DNA from: Bacteroidia bacterium
GTDB lineage: Bacteria > Bacteroidota > Bacteroidia > M30B66
Assembly (NCBI GenBank): GCA_965279035.1
Contig: OZ257142.1
Location: 3,744,001-3,808,000 of the forward strand
DNA: 64,000 bases
Direction of reading: 5' to 3'
Part shown: positions 59,963-64,000 of the stretch, one piece after another
Layout of the letters: the number at the start of each line of letters is the position of its first letter
Numbering within the stretch: position 1 is the first letter of the stretch
Made by a program: the position numbers and the translations under genes
The notes under the pieces: generated by a model
The model's database searches: none
Seen by the model: the letters and a program-made list of their open reading frames with translations, nothing else
Told to the model about the DNA's origin: nothing

Positions 59963-60643
59963 ATGAATAACTTTTTTCTCCCACTCATAATTTTAGTTGC
60001 CTTGTATAATCAGGCTTCAGCACAGGTTGTAAAAATTAGAGAGCGCACTGATACTGAATCGCATAAAGAAGTAAAAGAAGCTAAATTCTATACAAAACGT
60101 CAAATTCAGGTTGATCCACTTTGGATGATTCGTGGTACTATGATGGTATCGCTTGAGCACACAATTGGTGATTTATTTTCGGCAAGAGTGAATCTTGGAG
60201 TGTGCACGCGCGACTACATGGACAATATTTTAGTAGATGGACCACTTTCCAGCTCATCGATAAACTACTTAGGCAATACTCCACAATTAGCTTACGGACT
60301 AGAAATGCGCTATTATTATAATGAGAATGCTTCGTTCGATAGTCCCTATTTCAGCCTAGGATTTTCCCGCCGCTCCTATCAATACCGTGTTAGAACAAAT
60401 TATACTATCTACAATCAATACGTTGAATCTGCTCCGACGGCTAAAAGCTTCGATATTTATGCACGTTATGGTTCTACTTTGACAATCTTGGAAAGAGAAA
60501 AATCAACTCTATTGTTTGAATATGGCTTTAGTGTAGGGTTTTCGATTGATAAGTATAGTACGTTTAATGGTCAATACATGAGTGCTGATAACACGATTAA
60601 TCGCTGGTTGCTACCTCATGCTGGTTTAGGGTTTACATTTTAA
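59963..60643 (+). CDS. Hypothetical outer-membrane beta-barrel protein
   Basis: Signal peptide; amphipathic strands (GLEMRYYY); terminal Phe in AGLGFTF. Confidence 0.65.
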   Translation: MNNFFLPLIILVALYNQASAQVVKIRERTDTESHKEVKEAKFYTKRQIQVDPLWMIRGTMMVSLEHTIGDLFSARVNLGVCTRDYMDNILVDGPLSSSSINYLGNTPQLAYGLEMRYYYNENASFDSPYFSLGFSRRSYQYRVRTNYTIYNQYVESAPTAKSFDIYARYGSTLTILEREKSTLLFEYGFSVGFSIDKYSTFNGQYMSADNTINRWLLPHAGLGFTF

Positions 60644-60714
60644 TTCAGGAAATTCGCCTTTTGCTGAACATGTGAATTATACGGCTGTTTGAGTAGCTTC
60701 CTTATCTTCGCAGC

Positions 60715-62796
60715 GTGCGTATTTATCCTGATGACAGTATTGCCCGATTTGAATTTGATCGTATTCGAACTACGGTAGAAAGCTATTGTCGTAGTTTGGG
60801 TGGAAAAGAATTAGCACAAACACTTCGTCCCGATTTTGAATATGATCCTTTGTTGGTTCAGTTGCGTCGAGTGAAAGAATATGTGGATGTGCAGCGCAGC
60901 GGAAGTGGATTTCCAAATTCAACGTTTCCAGAAATACGTCGTGAACTGAATTTGCTTGCCGTTGCGAATTCGATGTTGCAAGAAAAACAGTTGATGAATA
61001 TCCGCGAAGTGTCGGATGTGGTGAACACACTTTTGCAGTATTTAAAAGATAAAAAGACCATTCTACCTGCGATTCATGGGATTTTCGAACCCGTTTATTT
61101 CACCAAGGAAATTATCGATGCCATCGATAAGGTGCTCGATCCATCAGGAATTGTAAAATCATCCGCCTCGCGAGAATTGGCTGATATTCGTAAAGACCTC
61201 GCCCATTCGAGACGCGAACTCGATAAAGTGTTTCGTGCCCAAATTCAAAAACTGAAAAAACTTGGCTGGCTTGCCGATACCGAAGAAACTGTTTACAATG
61301 GTCGTCGTGTTCTTTCAGTTCTAGCCGAGCAAAAACGCAGCGTGAGTGGTTTGATTCAAGGCAGTTCCGATACAGGGAAAACTACCTTCATCGAACCCAT
61401 CGAAACTGTTGACCTCAACAACGAAGTATTTGAACTCGTCCAACAGGAACGCCGTGAAATCATGCGGATTCTTCGCAATCTCACACAGGAAATACGTCAT
61501 CATCATACCTTAATCAGCAATTACGAATTGGTTTTATGTGAGTTCGATTTCAACCGAGCTAAAGGCTTGTTGGCTATTGAGTTGGATGCGACAATGCCGA
61601 ATGTCGTTCGCACATCACAAATACGATTGCTGAATGCACGTCATCCAATATTAGTATTGCAAAATCGTGCTTCTAAGAAACCAGTCGTGCCAATGAGTTG
61701 CGAACTGGATCATCAAAACCGCTTGCTCATAATCAGTGGACCAAATGCAGGTGGAAAATCCATCACGCTAAAAACCATCGGACTGCTACAAATGATGATT
61801 CAAAGTGGTCTACTCGTTCCGGTTTCAGAACAAAGTGAGATTGGCTTTTTCCAACGTTTGTTCGCCGATATTGGTGATAGTCAGTCGATCGAATACGAAT
61901 TGAGTACGTACAGTTCACGCTTGACAAAAATGAAATACATCTTGGAGTTTGCCGACAAAAAAACCTTGGTGTTAATTGATGAATTCGGAACCGGAACCGA
62001 TCCTGAATTAGGCGGCGCAGTAGCAGAAGCGATGCTGGAAGAATTGTCGCGACGACGGACATTGGGCGTTATTACGACACATTACATGAATATCAAACTG
62101 GCAGCTGATCGCTTAGATGGAGTTCGGAATGCCTGTATGTTATTCGATGATGAGACTTTACAGCCGATGTATCAATTGGTGATTGGACAGCCGGGAAGTT
62201 CATACACATACATCATTGCAGAAAAAACCGGATTGCCAGTGGCGATAATCAATCGTGCGCGAAATCTCACTTCTAAAGACAAAGTAACACTCGATCGGAT
62301 GTTGCAACAATTGCAAAAGGAGCAACAAGAGTTACGAAAATTGCTTCAGATTTTAGATGAGAAACAGGCTGTTGCCGATAAATCAAAATCGAAATACGAT
62401 GAGCTTCACGAAAAAATGAAGCTGAAGATGGAGAGCAAAAAAGCTACTCAAGAGGAGTCGGGAAAATTGATTGAGTTGGGGAAAAAGCTTCAATCGATCA
62501 CCAAAGAATGGGAAACGGCTAAGGATAAGAAGCCCATTTTTGCCAAGTTGACAAAGATTTTATCAGCCGAAAAGCTCAAGAAAATTGATAAGAAACAGCA
62601 GCTTAAAAAGGAAAAAATCAAAGCTCAAGTGCTGGAGAAGAAAAAAGCTGAGATAAAAGTTGGCTCGAAAGTCAAATTGCTCAGTGGCCGACAAACGGGC
62701 ATTGTAGAGGAGATTCAAAACAATCGGGCACGTGTCATTTTCGGAAATTTGAAAACCCTTGCCAGTTTAGAAACCTTAGAAGTAGTGGAAGATTAA
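60715..62796 (+). CDS. MutS2-family ATPase ending at a KOW-like domain (no Smr domain)
   Basis: SDTGKTTFIEP, ARHPIL, ISGPNAGGKS, DIGDSQSI, LSTYSS, IDEFGTGTDP, ITTHY; GTG start. Confidence 0.9.
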   Translation: MRIYPDDSIARFEFDRIRTTVESYCRSLGGKELAQTLRPDFEYDPLLVQLRRVKEYVDVQRSGSGFPNSTFPEIRRELNLLAVANSMLQEKQLMNIREVSDVVNTLLQYLKDKKTILPAIHGIFEPVYFTKEIIDAIDKVLDPSGIVKSSASRELADIRKDLAHSRRELDKVFRAQIQKLKKLGWLADTEETVYNGRRVLSVLAEQKRSVSGLIQGSSDTGKTTFIEPIETVDLNNEVFELVQQERREIMRILRNLTQEIRHHHTLISNYELVLCEFDFNRAKGLLAIELDATMPNVVRTSQIRLLNARHPILVLQNRASKKPVVPMSCELDHQNRLLIISGPNAGGKSITLKTIGLLQMMIQSGLLVPVSEQSEIGFFQRLFADIGDSQSIEYELSTYSSRLTKMKYILEFADKKTLVLIDEFGTGTDPELGGAVAEAMLEELSRRRTLGVITTHYMNIKLAADRLDGVRNACMLFDDETLQPMYQLVIGQPGSSYTYIIAEKTGLPVAIINRARNLTSKDKVTLDRMLQQLQKEQQELRKLLQILDEKQAVADKSKSKYDELHEKMKLKMESKKATQEESGKLIELGKKLQSITKEWETAKDKKPIFAKLTKILSAEKLKKIDKKQQLKKEKIKAQVLEKKKAEIKVGSKVKLLSGRQTGIVEEIQNNRARVIFGNLKTLASLETLEVVED

Positions 62797-64000
62797 TTCC
62801 CCAATAAAGTAACCGTTCCTTTTTCTTCGAATGCTTGATCTTTAATATCGGTTCCGGTGATGATGAAGAAGTAAGTCCCATCAGGCATTTTCTCCGAATT
62901 GTACAATCCATCCCAACCAGCACTCACGTTTTCCCATGAATACAATTGTTTTCCCCAACGAGTAAACACGCGTGCTTGAAAGGTTTTTACCGCATTGTGC
63001 TTCACTTGAAATAGATCGTTAAATCCGTCAGAATTAGGCGTAAACACATTCGGAACAAACAATACTAATTTATCACTCAGCACCTTGATTACACTAGAAC
63101 TGCTGTCGATACAGCCTGTTGAATTACTCACAACCAGCTCCAATACAAAGGTTCCTGAATCAGGGAAACTGAGAGTTCCTGGTGCTGTAAAACTAATTGG
63201 ATCACCGTTAAGAAACCAAGTGTAGGTTTCCCCATTCACACTTTGATCAGTCACATTTACCGGTAAAACCACATAGCCCGAATCGACATCGGTACTAAAG
63301 TTAGCGGTAACAGGAATTCCTGTAATGATGATTTGATCTGTAGCTGTATTGCATTGTCCAGCTCGAGTTAGGGTATATGTTCCAGGCGAATTTACCGAAA
63401 TGGAATTGGCGTTAGAACCTGTATTCCATGAGTTATGATCGCTTGCATTGGAGATTAATTCAATGGCTTGTCCACTGCATAGCGATGTGTCGGAAGGTGG
63501 GATTATCATGGCAGTCAAAAGTCCGACTTGCTGAATAATAATTTCCAATGGCTCACTTTCACAACCACCTGAAGTGGCAGTTACATACAGTGTATCATTA
63601 TTTAATGTGGATTGATAACTTAATCCTGTTGTGAGAATAGTGCTTAGACTTTCGTCAGAATACCAAGTGATTGGAGAAGAACTGCTTTGTACACTCGCCA
63701 AAGGAATTGGATCAACTTCACAAAATGTTAGCAGTGTATCGCCTGTAGGAATAGCAACCACCGAAAATTCAACAGTTACACCTGTTGTATCGGAATAACA
63801 ACCTTGCTCCGATTGTACGACATAGTACCCTGCATTTTGTCCGTTTGTGGGAGTGATCGAGCTTCCGTTTGATAAAAATGTTGTGAGCGATGGATCAGAA
63901 TACCAAGAAACTGTAGCATTTTGATCTGCAATAATGCTCAATGCATTGGGAGTTTCACCGTTGCAATAAACGGTATCACCCGAAATAAAAATTGGTGAAA
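62793..64000 (-). CDS. T9SS type B (gliding motility-associated CTD) surface protein with Ig-like/PKD repeats, 3' part; begins beyond the window
   Basis: VSWYSD/ITWYSD Ig repeats, a PKD-like domain, and VPNVFTPNSDGFNDLF...FTRWG...WDG...DGTYFF...KGTVTL. Confidence 0.85.
   Translation of the reverse strand, partial: SPIFISGDTVYCNGETPNALSIIADQNATVSWYSDPSLTTFLSNGSSITPTNGQNAGYYVVQSEQGCYSDTTGVTVEFSVVAIPTGDTLLTFCEVDPIPLASVQSSSSPITWYSDESLSTILTTGLSYQSTLNNDTLYVTATSGGCESEPLEIIIQQVGLLTAMIIPPSDTSLCSGQAIELISNASDHNSWNTGSNANSISVNSPGTYTLTRAGQCNTATDQIIITGIPVTANFSTDVDSGYVVLPVNVTDQSVNGETYTWFLNGDPISFTAPGTLSFPDSGTFVLELVVSNSTGCIDSSSSVIKVLSDKLVLFVPNVFTPNSDGFNDLFQVKHNAVKTFQARVFTRWGKQLYSWENVSAGWDGLYNSEKMPDGTYFFIITGTDIKDQAFEEKGTVTLLGN

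Noticed and set aside
842-62923. Numerous short antisense or alternate-frame ORFs in the ORF track (e.g. 842-1234, 18199-18732, 19517-19939, 36524-36991, 55492-55962)
   Set aside because: They overlap well-supported genes and show no recognisable motifs; treated as shadow ORFs.

Overview
Chromosomal window from a Bacteroidota bacterium, inferred from type IX secretion (T9SS) C-terminal domains, TAnnTTTG -7 promoter boxes and the futalosine-pathway gene mqnD. Most of it is housekeeping or metabolic: valS, hflX, ychF, rpmB, parE, a split transketolase, a MutS2-like ATPase, Sua5, kynurenine-pathway genes and peptidases. I saw no rRNA, tRNA or CRISPR array. Two things stand out. (1) An intact IS110 element (47622-48834) whose non-coding end can be read by eye as a two-loop bridge RNA. 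One loop matches the element's own circle junction, and the other matches the 8-bp GTGCTGRT microsatellite into which the element inserted. (2) Three tandem two-gene cassettes (39.4-46.5 kb), each with a strongly conserved small Ig-like exported protein and a divergent DUF2341/LamG protein. Each cassette has a TTACA-N2-TGTA(A/G) palindrome at identical spacing from its promoter box. Also present: an IS1595 with an 8-bp target duplication that truncates a membrane-protein gene, three covarying copies of a Flavo-1-like structured RNA, several REP/BIME-like repeat arrays, an orphan sigma-54 activator with no HTH domain, and several apparently leaderless genes. All family assignments come from recognising motifs; no database searches were run.
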